A stretch of 63,664 nt of DNA, the filler included, from Vannella sp. (Eukaryota), in assembly GCA_023345925.1 (NCBI GenBank). It is 5 parts of 5 records of this genome, joined end to end, with 100 filler letters (N's around TTAATTAATTAA, not from the genome) between each part and the next. Parts side by side here need not be neighbours in the genome. Positions count along the whole stretch, not along the records: positions 33,235 to 40,299 come from JAJQQN010000765.1; positions 40,400 to 52,988 come from JAJQQN010000878.1; 3 more parts are not named here. One strand, written 5' to 3'. The number at the start of each line of letters is the position of its first letter. Positions within the stretch are counted from its first letter, which is position 1. Of the stretch, positions 33,235-45,244 are shown piece by piece. A program made the translations under genes and the position numbers. The notes under the pieces were generated by a model, which searched no databases, had not been told where the DNA came from, and saw only the letters and a list, made by a program, of their open reading frames with translations.

Positions 33235-33566
33235 GGCTTGACTACCCACTCATAGACTGGAATTAGATCTAGTGAACATCTTTGAGACATTTTTACCTCA
33301 GCTCCTCTCTTATCCCAACCCCACAGACCCGTTGAACGGAGAGGCAGCGGCTCTGCTTCTGAAAGACCCCGCTCTCTTCTCCACAAGAGTGAAAGGTACT
33401 CCTACATCGTCTCATGGGTACCAAAGCTGAGTCTGATTCCATGACAGATCACGTGAGGAAGCACGCGATGCCAGCGGATAACATGCTTAGCGAAAGCGAG
33501 TCAGAAAGCGAGCCAGATGATCAAATGATGGAAGATGACGACGAAGAAGACGACTTCTTCAGATGA
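33235..33566 (+). CDS. 3' fragment of an unidentified gene with an acidic tail
   Basis: Ends ...[27 protein letters not shown]; 5' part lost at the contig edge. Confidence 0.4.
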
Positions 33567-33993
33567 ACGAGCCTCCCTTCCTCCCAGCTAGGCCGTTGTA
33601 CATAGAATGTCAATGTCTCATCTCTTTCGGCCCTCCCTAAAGCCACTCCCTCCCAATCTCCTTTCCCAAGCGAATTCTCTTCAGAGGTCTAGCTTAGGGA
33701 CGATAGCAGCAGTGCACATTGGAACAGAAAGAAAGGTTCTTTGCTCTGACAGGTTAACTGTGCCCGCCTCCAGGATTGGAAGAGTTCCACTCACTTGCCA
33801 CACTCTCCAGCGGCTTTCCCACTTTCTTGGCATGCCCGACTCCATTCAAGAGTCCTTGTGTGCACCATTTTGGACAGGAAAGTGCGTTTAGAGAGTCTGT
33901 TGGACTGTATCCCTGTCTTCCAAGGATTTGACATGAACTGGTCAAAAATGAACCCTTTGCGCTCTAACCAGCTCTGGCCAGTTAGTTTGGCTG

Positions 33994-35255
33994 TCAACGG
34001 GGCGAAAGAACTCGCGGTGGAGGTGGAGGAGGCTTCTTGGGTGCAACAGACTGAGGATTACTGGTAAACCAACTAACAGGTCTTCCGAGACCTGCAGATG
34101 GAGAGTTCCACTGGGTGTCCTCTTTTTGTGAATAGTCACTGGAGATGGAGATATCTCCTGCCAGGCAGGCTTCTTGAAGGTCCGCTGGAATCTCTGAGTA
34201 AGGAACACTCTCCAAGTCATCTTCGAGAAGTTCTTTGATAGCCTCCAGCTCTTCTTCTTCCAATTCCAAGCCTTCTCCGTCGTATCCTTTGTACATCTCC
34301 CCCACCAGATGCTGTGCCTGGAAGAGTGCATCCGCATTGACAACCTTTTTGTTGGTTTTGGACTCCACGTTCTTCCTCACCCCCTGCGCAATCGCATCCT
34401 GACGCTCAATCATTCGCTTGAGCAACCCACATAAAGCAGAGGAGTATTGGAGCGAGGCCAAAGGATTTGGGTCCGAGGAGGAGAACAATGTCGGGGCGAA
34501 GACAATCGAGATGTTGTCTGTTGTCATTAGATTCACGCCTGAATGAGCGCACACTTTGTGGAAGAAACATAGAACCCGCAAGAAGACCCTCTTGTTCACT
34601 TCAGGTAAGCTATTCAGCTCCTCAATGACAGCGCTGAGCCATTCTCTCTCAGAGAGCTGTTTGTCTGACCAGGAATCCAGTTGAGTGGCGTATTATTGAT
34701 GATTGAACATACCTTGGAGCTCAACAAAGGAGTGGAAGCGGTTATGAGTACACAAAGGCTCTGGCATGCTTCTAAAATAGAGTTTGAAGACTCCCCCTAC
34801 GTCATGCTGATCTTCCAGAGCAAGGTTGACCTTAACGAGAGCCTTTTCACTGCCTGAAACGTGTGAGAACAGCTAGCACATGCGTCGTCAAGGGGAAAAG
34901 TCGAGCTCTTACCCTTCCGGAAGGCGTCGGCAAGGATTTGAATGCGATTAAGAGAACCTGGCACACGGAACAGACCTTCAACAGTGAGTGCGTTCTCTTC
35001 TAGTTGACGACAAGTGATCTCCAAGACGAGGGGAATGCCTCCGTCCGACAAATACTTCGGTGCAAGCTCAGCGATGGGCTCCCCGAACAGCTTCTTCCTC
35101 AGCTTTGTCATCCTCTTCTTCTGAGCATTCCTCCGTACCGCCACCGCCCCCGCAGCGATCCCAGCCGAAGCCCCAGCAATACCTACAGCCCCAGCACCCA
35201 GAAGGAGGCCTCCCACAAGGATGGTGGCCATCACAGGAGCACCAAAAAGTGACAA
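33994..35255 (-). CDS. RhoGAP-domain protein with hydrophobic N-terminus
   Basis: LFGEPI, IPLVL, EGLFRVPG (Arg finger), FKLYFRSMPEPL, NLMTTDNISIVFAPTL. Introns near 34853-34913 and 34645-34712. Confidence 0.9.
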
Positions 35256-35286
35256 AGTCTTCTACGCAGCGGAAAAGCGGTCATTT

Positions 35287-38151
35287 ATGACGTCCCACCC
35301 GGTTACTTCAGGTCTTCCGAAGGAGGAATCTCCCCCTCGGGCGTTCTCCATGCATGGGAGGACCAGAGGAACTACAAGGGGTACCTCTTCGTTCTTAGGA
35401 AGGCAGAGGATGGGCGTGGAGGCGCTACCAGACCCATCCCCTGACGCACCACCTCGGCCTCCTGTTCCTATTCGCTTGCGCTCTCCTTCTGTCGTTCCCA
35501 GCGTCTCACGTGTTCATTCGAATGAAGGAATGACCAAAACCATTGCTGCAAGGCGTAACAACAGCATGACTCGCGAGAAGAGGCTCCCAAGCTTTGCTGC
35601 GCCCAACCTCTCTCAAGAAGCCCTCCAGATGGATGGCGTCCTCCTCTCTCGTCCTGAGCATGACATGGTGCTGGCATCTTTGAAGAAGTTCATCAACGCT
35701 AACAAGCAGCTGCTGGGAGTGTCTCGCTCTGCAGTGGAGTTGGTTGCAAGTTTGCCTCAAGGTGACATCATCGTGGAGTTCATGTCCACCCAGCTTAAGA
35801 TGGCACGAAGTGAGCTTTCTAGTGCCAATGAAGTGTGCAGGGAGTGCTTGTTGGCTGCAAGCAAGCAGCTAGAGCATTCAGAAACCGTCCGAATCGCATT
35901 CCTCGCTGTTGATCTCGCCAGTTTGTCACTCCTTCTCTGCACAGGGCTGAAGACAGTTGTTTTAGAAGCTCCTCAAAGAGATGTATCACTGTATTCGGCT
36001 GTTCTCACTTCCCTGGTTACCGTTCGAGATTCCCTCGCCAATCTGATAGAAATCTGGGCCAAACTCCCACAGAAAGTCGATCAAAGCCTCCGAAAGAGGA
36101 CCGACCCCTTTGTTAACAACGTACACTTGCTTATTGCTGCACTGGTGGCCAGCCGGCCTGAGCAAGTCATCAGTATTGGAAGACAACACGAACTAGAAGC
36201 GACTGCGACTGCTGCCACTGCGATTGTTGTCAAGCTAGCCAACTCATTTACACGTCCAATCGACAAGAGCATCATCTATGATACCAAGGTTGCTTCCTGC
36301 ACCATCTCGCAGTTGTGGGCCATCCTAAATGAGATGGCCGGATCCCCAACGCTGCTTTCTACTCCTGGGATTAAAGCGAGAATCGAGCAGTTTGGAACAG
36401 AGCTTCGAAGCTGCTTTGGAAAGTTGATGAACTGTATGAAACAGGAAGTATCTGAGCGTTCTACGGAGTCGTTTGCTGTTGTGTCAGATAGTGCCACTGC
36501 TCTTCTTGGATTGATTCGCGAGGTTGTAGCTCACATCAATTGCTATGCGCGAATCAATACTTCCGAAGATCTTGTCAACAGTGATGGCAAGGAATTGACT
36601 TTCTCACCGTCAGAGAAGGATCTGAATCGATCCATTTTCGTCACAAAAGAGCCGGAAAACCATTCTCCTCCGCCGTATGCACAAAACGACCAAGCCATTG
36701 ATCTTCCATCCAATTATGTGGCAGATATTGACTTTATTTGGGATGAGCCGATGGAGGAGGAGAGCCGGGTTATCTTCACAGATAGTCTAAAGGAGAATAT
36801 CCGATGCGCAACCCTCAATCGGCTCCTTATTCAGCTCACTGACGATCTCAACATGAGTCTCTTTAAGACATTCATTACCACCTACCGCTCATTTACTACC
36901 CCTGAGCAGCTCCTTCGTAAAATCATCCAACGGTATCATGTTCCTTCATCATACGAGGGAGACGCTCAAGTTATTCGTCTTCGATGCTCTAACTTTCTCA
37001 AAATGTGGGTGGAAACAAGTTTTGCCGATTTCAGTGAGCACTTCCTGGCTGAGCTCAACGCCTTCGTTCAGGAGCTAAATCAAGACTCCAAGTTAGCACG
37101 GTTTGCAAAGTCAATTGAAGCTATTATCGTGAAGGTAAGAAAATCCTTCTTTCCCATAGTAGAGTATTTCTCTAATCTCAGTGACCAAGAAACGGGAGGA
37201 GCTACAAACTACGAAAAGGGAGATTATTTGCCTCACTATCGAAGAACGAATCCCACTCACTCCAGCGAACATTCTCTTCATCTTTCCTGAGGAGGAGATT
37301 GCCAAGCAGCTCACATTAGTGGACTTTCAGATTTACCACGAGATCCAGCCAGCTGAGCTCTTAAATCAGGCTTGGAGCAAACCCAAATATCGCCACAGGG
37401 CAAAGAATGTCCTTGCTCTGATTTCTCGCTCTACAATAATGACACAATGGGTCGCCAGCATCATCCTCTGGCACAGTGCTTTGAAGGATCGAATCAAAGT
37501 ACTCACCAAATTGGTGGCTATTGCGCAGGTATGTGGGCTTTGCATCTTCACTTTTTACTGAACTCTCGCTAGCACCTTCGACAACTCAACAACTTCAATT
37601 CCTTGATGGCCATTATTGCAGGAATCAGTATATCTGCTATTTATCGTCTGAAGTTTACACGGAATGGACTCACTGCCAAGTCACAAGAGGTGTGCATTCT
37701 GTTTGACCCATATTTTTCTATATTAATCATTTATACAGACTCTGAATACTCTGACAGAGCTGATGAACGCATCAGGGGCTTACGCCGCCTATCGGGCAAC
37801 TTTACATGACGCCAATCCGCCTTGTATTCCCTTTTTGTGAGTTTTTTTGATTGATACGATTCCTTTCTCTAATCGCACTCCTCTAGAGGTACTTATCTAA
37901 CTGATATCACATTCATTGAAGATGGAAATCCAGACTATGTGAACGGACTAATCAATTTCCGGAAGCGAGAAATGGTTTATTCCACAATTAGAGAGATTCA
38001 GCAATATCAGAACCAATGTTACTCTTTCCAAATGATCGATGGCATCGCTCATTATCTCTCTGAGATGCCAATGAACGATGAAGAATCGCTATTCGAGCTT
38101 TCACTTCTCCGAGAACCCCGAAAGGTGGAATCTGCTTCTGAGTTGCTGTAG
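35287..38151 (+). CDS. RasGEF (REM + CDC25) with N-terminal helical-bundle region
   Basis: IRCATLNRLL, FITTYRSFTTPEQLL, EIAKQLTLVD, LNNFNSLMAI, PCIPF, FIEDGNPD..LINFRKR. Start codon uncertain (35287/35350/35410). Confidence 0.93.
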
Positions 38152-38268
38152 TATTGAACTGCGTTGATTTAGAATATAAAAATATACTTAAAACAGTTTT
38201 CATCGCTGATTCGCACTTTCAAGTGAATGGCGAGAGAAGATATTTTGCAGATATTTATTCATTTGCAG

Positions 38269-38967
38269 ATGGACCCTCTGGGAGACCTTGGCGAGTGGTT
38301 GAAACATCTACCGTTGAAACGTAGAATGCCTTTCATGTATCACAAGCCAACAGGGTTTGCTTCTGAATCCGTGGGGATAGCTTTAGCCATGAAGCCTGCC
38401 AAACCCGCCACCTTTGACATCGGGCCAAGGTGCATCCGCAATCTTTCCTCACCCATCAATCCACCATTCAGGAGGCCAAGGCAGGCTCTTGTTGTTCCAC
38501 TGCAAAGAGAGTCTCCGCTCAAGGACCAAGATAACTCAACGCACAATCTTACAGATTCCACCTCATCGGGAGAAAGAGTGATTGAGTCTTCTCATGAAGA
38601 GTTCGAGAGGGTTGTCATCATCAATATGCGGAGGAAAAGGAAACCAAGGAGCCCAGACTCTCAGCTCTCGGCGGTGTACTCCTCTGAAGCCCCAGTTCCA
38701 TCTGAGGAGAATCCTCCTGCTGAGGTAAAACTCTATCAATCCTTTGAGACCACAATTTCTCCTCCTACACCAAAGGTTAGACGAGTATCCCTTTTCTTAC
38801 CGAGGCCAGCTAGTCCTCTTATCGACGCAGTTGGACATTCCTCTGAGGTTCCCAACCAAAAGAGAGATTGCCCCTTCGTCTCGAGGTTGCAGGGGGACAA
38901 ACTCGCTTCGAGCAAGTTCATGAGGAGGATGAAGCGCTGCTGTGGTCATCATTTGTTAGTGCCCTAG
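38269..38967 (+). CDS. Hypothetical, largely disordered protein
   Basis: Long open frame only; no recognisable domain. Confidence 0.4.
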   Translation: MDPLGDLGEWLKHLPLKRRMPFMYHKPTGFASESVGIALAMKPAKPATFDIGPRCIRNLSSPINPPFRRPRQALVVPLQRESPLKDQDNSTHNLTDSTSSGERVIESSHEEFERVVIINMRRKRKPRSPDSQLSAVYSSEAPVPSEENPPAEVKLYQSFETTISPPTPKVRRVSLFLPRPASPLIDAVGHSSEVPNQKRDCPFVSRLQGDKLASSKFMRRMKRCCGHHLLVP

Positions 38968-39182
38968 AATTGCATGATGGAGACTGTGACGATGACGCTC
39001 CAACCCAACAGAATCAGGCTAGAGCCGGACGAATTCATGGGCGAAAAGCTCTCCAGGTTGCATTTCACCAACTCACTCAAAGTCTTGTTGAGGAATAGGT
39101 CAAATACATCACTATGAAACTATCAATGACCAAGAATCCTGACAAGGAGTTATATTCTTCTCTCCAGGGTGTCACTTTAACT

Positions 39183-40129
39183 CTAAGTCTCCACTTGTTG
39201 GTACAAGTCCAAAATCTGGTGACTGATAACTGCTCAAGGATGAGTGAAGAGCAAAGAGTGAGGAACGCAGACTCGCTCACCATTGATAACATCAAGCGAA
39301 CATCCCAACACATCATGCCAGTCTTTGCCATCCTTGTCCTTCGTCAAAGGCGTCTTCATCGCCTGAGAAGCCAAGAAGAGCGAGGCTGCCGAGATGTCGC
39401 TCGGTTCGTACTGAACACACAAAGTCGTCCGCAAACTGACCCGCCAAAGCCCGCCCATCAGAACCAATCAGAATCACCCGCCAATCAGCCTCACCTGTCA
39501 TTGACAAAATTCCAAGCCGCCATTACTAACTCTTTTTGAACTAACATTTGATGAGCCAAACTTTGGTTCCCTTCGAGAGGAGGGAGCGAGAAGCTTACTG
39601 TTGCCTAGCAAGCGGCTTTGGCGTATCAAGTGGGTGTATGGAAGTTCTACTTGAAAGTCAAAGCCAACAGTGCGGAGGAGGTCTCGTTCGTAGCGAAGGA
39701 TCCTTTCCTTGAGGGTTTTGTACTCGGGGTTGTCAATCACGATCTTTCGGTTGTCCCGGAGCTCTATCACAGTGGGGATGAGTTCCTTTAGCTTAAAGTT
39801 GGGTTCTTCAATCTTCCCCGCGAGGAACAGGCAAGCGTAGCTGGTGCACTGGACCGCCCTTCAGCATCATGAACCGCACGTGAAGGGGGCAACAGACCTG
39901 TTTGTCCTTCTCCTCAAAGGTGTAGCACGTGAAGAAACGGTGGAAGAGCGTGATAGCAGTAGAGATTGTCAGCTGTGGCCTGGTAACACCTTGCCTTAGC
40001 TCTCCACCCTCACCAGTCTCCCTCCCAGTACCCTTACACCTCCATCTTCATCCCAATAGCTTGCATATCCGCGCAGACTTCCCCACGTGCAACGTCCTGC
40101 GTAGGATCAAGAGAGGCCGGGATGGGCAT
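39183..40129 (-). CDS. Transcriptional cyclin (T/K/L class), multi-exon
   Basis: PQLTISTAITLFHRFF, ACLFLAGKIEE, ERDLLRTVGFDFQVELPY, AWNFVND|SLRTTLCVQYEP. Confidence 0.9.
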
Positions 40130-40299
40130 CCTCGCAGGGTGAAATGAAGGTCTTTCCTCTCTTTCCTCTATTTCACTAATTTCTCTTGTTTTTACCATTT
40201 CTTGTTATGCTTCGTCGAGGGTGGGCGGTGGCGAAGGTTTGTCCTTCGTTGGTTGGTCCTGTGGCTTCTCGGCCGTATTACAGCCATAATGATAAGGAG

Positions 40300-40399
40300 N
40301 NNNNNNNNNNNNNNNNNNNNNNNNNNNNNNNNNNNNNNNNNNNTTAATTAATTAANNNNNNNNNNNNNNNNNNNNNNNNNNNNNNNNNNNNNNNNNNNN
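40300..40399. other. Artificial contig linker
   Basis: N-TTAATTAATTAA-N. Confidence 0.99.
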
Positions 40400-40646
40400 G
40401 TTGATGAGTCCGAAGGCTCCTCTCTTCTACTTCATGTACAACCCTTCGATCAATTGGCACTTCAACGCATTCTTGGTACTCGCAAGGCTCGCCGCATGAC
40501 CGCAAGTCCTAAGAACTCCCATCTCCTTGTCAGCGGCCAATAAAGAAAGGAACTGGATGAAGATCCACTCTTGATGCCATCATGGAGGAGAGAAACACGC
40601 TCTATTGGGCCGTGGGGAGACGTTGTTGAGATCTCTTCATGCTTCT

Positions 40647-41276
40647 TTAGCGCTTGAGGGCTTGGTGAGACACAAAGGCAACGAGAGAAGATCCACCAAT
40701 GACGGAGAAAGCGTAGCCGAAGGGGGCAGGGAAGTGGGGGAAGAAGTAGAAGCCAATGAGGAAGAAGGTGAACAAGAAGAAGAAGTTGTTGTACACAATA
40801 GCAAAAGAGGAGGATTCTGAGTTGGTAGCCTTCTTTTGAGCCTCCTTCACATCCTGAACTGCCTTGGTGCTCTTCTTTCCGGCGTTGGCGGAAGCCACAA
40901 GGTTGGTGGTGACGAGGGACTGCCTTTCGTCATTCAATCTAACCCCGCAAACACACACCCATGAGCAATTTGGTCCCTTCTGTACGTGAGCCTGGAGCAT
41001 ACCGGCTGCGTAACCAGAAGGAAACGTTGTGATAGGCGAGGGACATGATGTAGGCCGCAATCAAAGACACTGCAATGTACAAGTAGTAAACCTCTCGGAC
41101 ATCCACACCAAACACGCTGTGATATAAATCTGAGGAGAGAGTAAGACTCAAAGCGCCATGTTTCTTCCTAACTTACAGATTTGTGGTGCAACAACGGCAA
41201 GGCCATTGATGAAGTACCACACACGCTCGCCAGTAGTAACCTGACCATCATCATAGTTATCGAGTTCGCTCGACAT
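40647..41276 (-). CDS. SSR3: Translocon-associated protein gamma subunit (TRAP-gamma)
   Basis: YFINGLAVVAPQI|YLY, SLAYHNV, ESSSFAIVYNNFFFL, four TM segments; two short introns. Confidence 0.85.
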
Positions 41277-41467
41277 GGTGGCAAGCTCGCGGAGAAGGAA
41301 GAAAGGCGTTTGTCTGACCAATCAGAGTGGTCTCCTTGATGACGTGGATAAAACGACTCTCCCGGACCCACTCAATTTCCTTTCCAATGCCTTCAAAATA
41401 GAATGGATTAATTATCAAAATAACGCTCATTTGAACGGAACCAGACCGGCGTCACCTCTCTTCCTTG

Positions 41468-43571
41468 ATGCCAGCGAAGTTAGCAGAGTACGAGGAGTCA
41501 GTCCTTTATAAGGTTGGTAGTAGCCTCCCACCACATCCTTGCTTGTGGGATAATGGTCCTTCTGCCTTGGGTTGGGGAATGCGGCTCTGTTGACACTCCT
41601 TAGTGTGCTCTACGTTGGGTACGGCATGTGTATGAGCAGAGCAACTTGGGTGCGGTGGAATCATTGGAGGGACTCTTCTCGATTGGTGTCGAAATCTCGC
41701 GGCTTGTGGGAGCCTGCTCGAAGGAGACCGTCTCCCTGTCCGAGATTTCTTTAGTTAAGGCTCTTACAGCTGGTAGGTCGCAAGGTTTGTGCGGAAGAGA
41801 ACTGAATCTAACTTTTGAACGTTTCAGAGGCCTCCGTGGTGGCTCATGGCCCTCTCAATCACTTCTCTAGGTCGAAGTCCTTCCAACCCACGTCCGTATC
41901 CCCGAACCATGACGCCATCTCGAAGAGTCTGTACTACCTCCGCAGTGAAGCCGAGCTTCCGCTTAAACATGTGACTGCAAATGACCTGGCGGACGGCAAC
42001 ATGGGCACTTGCGTCAAGCTGGCCTGGTCACTCTTCAGCCAGTTTGCTCTTACGGGGATTTGCGATGCAGAAGGTAGGCCCTCCCTCTTTCCAGTGTCAC
42101 AGTGGCTAAGAACACAAAAGGGAGGCGAGGAGTCACTCAGAAGGAGCTCCTTTTGGGGTATTTGAGGTGTCTTGAACCCAAATATGGCATCAAAGTGCGT
42201 AACATACGGATGCTACAGGATGGTGCTACATTGTGTGCCTTGGTGGCCCACCTGGCTCCTGACCAGCTGGACTTCTCCACCATCCTGAGGGACAATCGGG
42301 CTCAGAACATGCGAACGGCGTACACCATCCTCACCAACCAGATCGGAACACCTTCTCTACTAGACTTTAGTGACCTGATCGACCAAAAGACAAGCGAGCG
42401 AGCTCTCATCTTCTTCGTGGGACAAGCTATTCTCTCTGCCCAACAACTCAAGAACGCCAATGCAGCAGGAGGCTCACAAGCAAGTGATTTGGAGGTGACA
42501 CACTTGAAGAGCAAGGTCCAAATCCTCGAAAGGAAGCTGGAGAACCTCACCTCCACGGCACAACGCTTAGCGGCAGGCTTCTCCATGGTGATGAGCTCCA
42601 GCGAGAGCATGGAGGAAAGCGCGCATCACACTGCTCGTACGAAAGGGTCAGAGATGGAGGAAACAATCCTCCGCCTTGAGAAGAAGATCAACCGGATGGC
42701 TTCGACCACGAGGAAGCAAAGAGTCCATATCGAGTCCCTCTTGGCTCAATCAGAGATCTTGGAGAGTCTGATTGGAGCCCCTCCTCAGCCAGAAGAGGAC
42801 TTACAAGACGATGCGGTGCGAGGAGAGTACATTCGAGTGCTCGGACAGAACCAGTTCTTGCAAGAGTTCAACGCTCGTCTTGTACGGGAGAACGAGCAGC
42901 TTCGTGCCATCGTCTCTGAAGGTGGAATGGAGCAGTTCGTCAGGGGCCGTTCTCAGTCGGATGCCGAGAACGGCGACTCCTTCGATGCGGAAGGCAAGAG
43001 CATCAAAAAGAAGGTCTCTGGCCTTCGCAGAAGAACTGGAACCAACTTCACGCTCAAACCCAGGACTGACAAGGCCAAAGGAGACGAAAGTCCGAAGATA
43101 AGGAGCTCCTCCCACCGCAGAGTGCCTTCCTCGACCACTGTAGCTTCACCCCTGTCTCCTCAAGCGGAGGACTCAACAGACGAACTTTCTGAGAGGGAGG
43201 ATTCAGAACCACCTTCTCCCATTACCCTTCGCAAGCGCGACTCGCGCGGGGACACCTCTCGATGGTCAACACCCGTTGATGTGTCTGAAGTTCACAAGTC
43301 CAAGGACAATCGCACTCTCTCTGGGGAGTTTGGAAAGGTTCAGATCTCGGGCTCAAGGCGGAGCAAGAAGAAGGAGCATTCCAGTCTGAGAGTGCCCATG
43401 GAAGTCCCAGTAATCGTTTGCAGCGACGCAGAAACAGACGAGGAGCATGCTCAGACAGGCCGAGAGTCTCTCGAAAGCTCAGGCACGGACACAGCGACTT
43501 CCCCATCAAAGAACCCATCGATTGACACGTGGGATGCCCTGGATGCTGTTCTGGAGGCCTACGGAGATTGA
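41468..43571 (+). CDS. Tandem calponin-homology actin-binding protein with coiled coil and disordered tail
   Basis: ALRWVRHV, DLADGNMGTCVKLAWSL (CH1), LQDGATLCALVAHLAPDQLDF...IGTPSLLD (CH2), followed by a coiled coil. Confidence 0.8.
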
Positions 43572-43659
43572 TATGCTATTCATTCATGTACTGTTATGGA
43601 AAGCAACTTGTCCCCTCGTAGATAGTGGCCAGGGTGTTGGTTTGGGAGCAAGGGACTGT

Positions 43660-44088
43660 TTAGAAGCCAAGTTGGCGCATCCAGTTTCGAACGGGATCCC
43701 TGTGATCACCCAAGATCTCAATACGTCCTTCATAACGCTTGATTTTGGCTTTGGGACCCAACAGACCACGGAGGCCTGCCTCGATCGCGGAAGGGTCTCC
43801 GCGGTACTTGCGAACAACAGTCAGGAATTGTGTGTTGTGCTTCCTCCTTCGATGGTAAACGGGAAGCTGCGAGTTCTCTGTACGAGCAAAGGTAAAGGGG
43901 AGGTCGGACAAGGTACCAAGCGGGGGCGCCCATCCAGAAGCAAAAGAGGATTCCAAAGCTTCCTCCGGATGAAGGCTCATTGTTGGTAATCCCTCTGACG
44001 CAACAGTTCCTGCAGACCTCCACAAAGGAAGCGAGGAAGCACTAGAGCGACACAGGCTGGTCCAAGCCCCTCGACCAAGTAACATCAC
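43660..44088 (-). CDS. MRPL49: Mitochondrial ribosomal protein mL49 (Img2)
   Basis: PFTFARTENSQLPVY..TVVRKYRGD...GRIEILGDH...VRNWMRQLGF*; presequence-like N-terminus. Confidence 0.9.
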   Translation of the reverse strand: MMLLGRGAWTSLCRSSASSLPLWRSAGTVASEGLPTMSLHPEEALESSFASGWAPPLGTLSDLPFTFARTENSQLPVYHRRRKHNTQFLTVVRKYRGDPSAIEAGLRGLLGPKAKIKRYEGRIEILGDHRDPVRNWMRQLGF

Positions 44089-44147
44089 GAAATGACGAAA
44101 AAAGCCGATTTTTATAATAATTCAATAAATTACAAGATCCGGAGGAT

Positions 44148-45209
44148 TCATTTGCTTTTGGACCTTGCGGAGAAGCGTGGCTCCCCGTCTTTGGATGGTA
44201 GAGGAGTAGATGGGAGTAGCCAGTGCCAGGTGAATGCTCTGGCTCGGAGGGACTCCTTCTTTTGCTCCCACTTGGCCTTGTACCGGTAGAATGGGACCTC
44301 TGGGTTGATGTGGTGAGCCAAGTGGTAGTTCTGATGGTGCATAAGGAGGGAGAGGAAGGGCTGTAGTCCAGGGTAGGTCTGAATATTAGCTGTGGTACGG
44401 TACCGATCTGTCTTTGGAGTGTCTTCTGTGAGGCAATGTGGCAGGAAGCCGAACACGAATGTGATCAGAGTGTTGCTGAAGATGCAAGGGAGGATCCAGT
44501 AGGCAAAGAGCTCAGAGAACACACCAATCTCGCTGGCCAATACGCAAATGAGGATGTTAAAGGAGAATGCCAAGGTGCCCTCGATCTTCTCTGGGAGGCT
44601 AATGGCACCTGGAGTGTCCAAGAGGGACAGAAACCAGATGCCATACTGAGTGGGAGCGGTAGCCCAGCGTAAAGGTAAGAGGAAAGCTGGCCCACCGCTC
44701 TGGTAGAGGTCAGGATCGATCCCCTTCTCGTTAGTGTGTCGGTGGTGCACAAGATGGAGACAGCGCCAGCTTGAGAAGTTTGCAATGGGACCAAGCAACT
44801 GGAAAGCCATGCGACCCACCAATCCATTGAGGAAAGCGCTGCTGGAGACGCTGCCATGCGCGGCATCGTGGCCAGGCGTGAAGATCATGAACTGGAGAAT
44901 CACCAAAAGGGCGACTACCAAAGGAAGGGGAAGAACATGGTGCGTTCCAGCCCACACCAGCATCCCATACGCCACACATTGGACGACAAAGTAGAGGATC
45001 GTGGGAAGTGCCATCAATGGGATCTTCAAGAGAACCCAGCGGAGTACAGGCGACTTCACCTCCAGCAAAGGGTCCACCTGTGCCTGCGTATATGTGTCAA
45101 AGTACCATAACCACTCCTTTGAAGAGCAAAGACCAAGAGTGAACCTCAAATAAGCAGCGGAGGCTCCCATCAATGCTGCGGCGGCAATAAATGACCTTTT
45201 GATGGACAT
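44148..45209 (-). CDS. Membrane di-iron desaturase/hydroxylase, CrtR-like
   Basis: His boxes HDAAH, HLVHHRHTN..DPD, FLPH, QNYHLAHH..P.VPFYRY; no cytochrome b5 domain. Confidence 0.85.
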   Translation of the reverse strand: MSIKRSFIAAAALMGASAAYLRFTLGLCSSKEWLWYFDTYTQAQVDPLLEVKSPVLRWVLLKIPLMALPTILYFVVQCVAYGMLVWAGTHHVLPLPLVVALLVILQFMIFTPGHDAAHGSVSSSAFLNGLVGRMAFQLLGPIANFSSWRCLHLVHHRHTNEKGIDPDLYQSGGPAFLLPLRWATAPTQYGIWFLSLLDTPGAISLPEKIEGTLAFSFNILICVLASEIGVFSELFAYWILPCIFSNTLITFVFGFLPHCLTEDTPKTDRYRTTANIQTYPGLQPFLSLLMHHQNYHLAHHINPEVPFYRYKAKWEQKKESLRARAFTWHWLLPSTPLPSKDGEPRFSARSKSK

Positions 45210-45244
45210 TCGGAACAATTTATATTTATTTGGACGCTTTCGAG

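Noticed and set aside
40261..40299. GCTTCTCGGCC resembling the 5' end of U2 snRNA
   Set aside because: The continuation lacks TTTTGGCTAAGATCA and the GTAGTA branch-pairing sequence.
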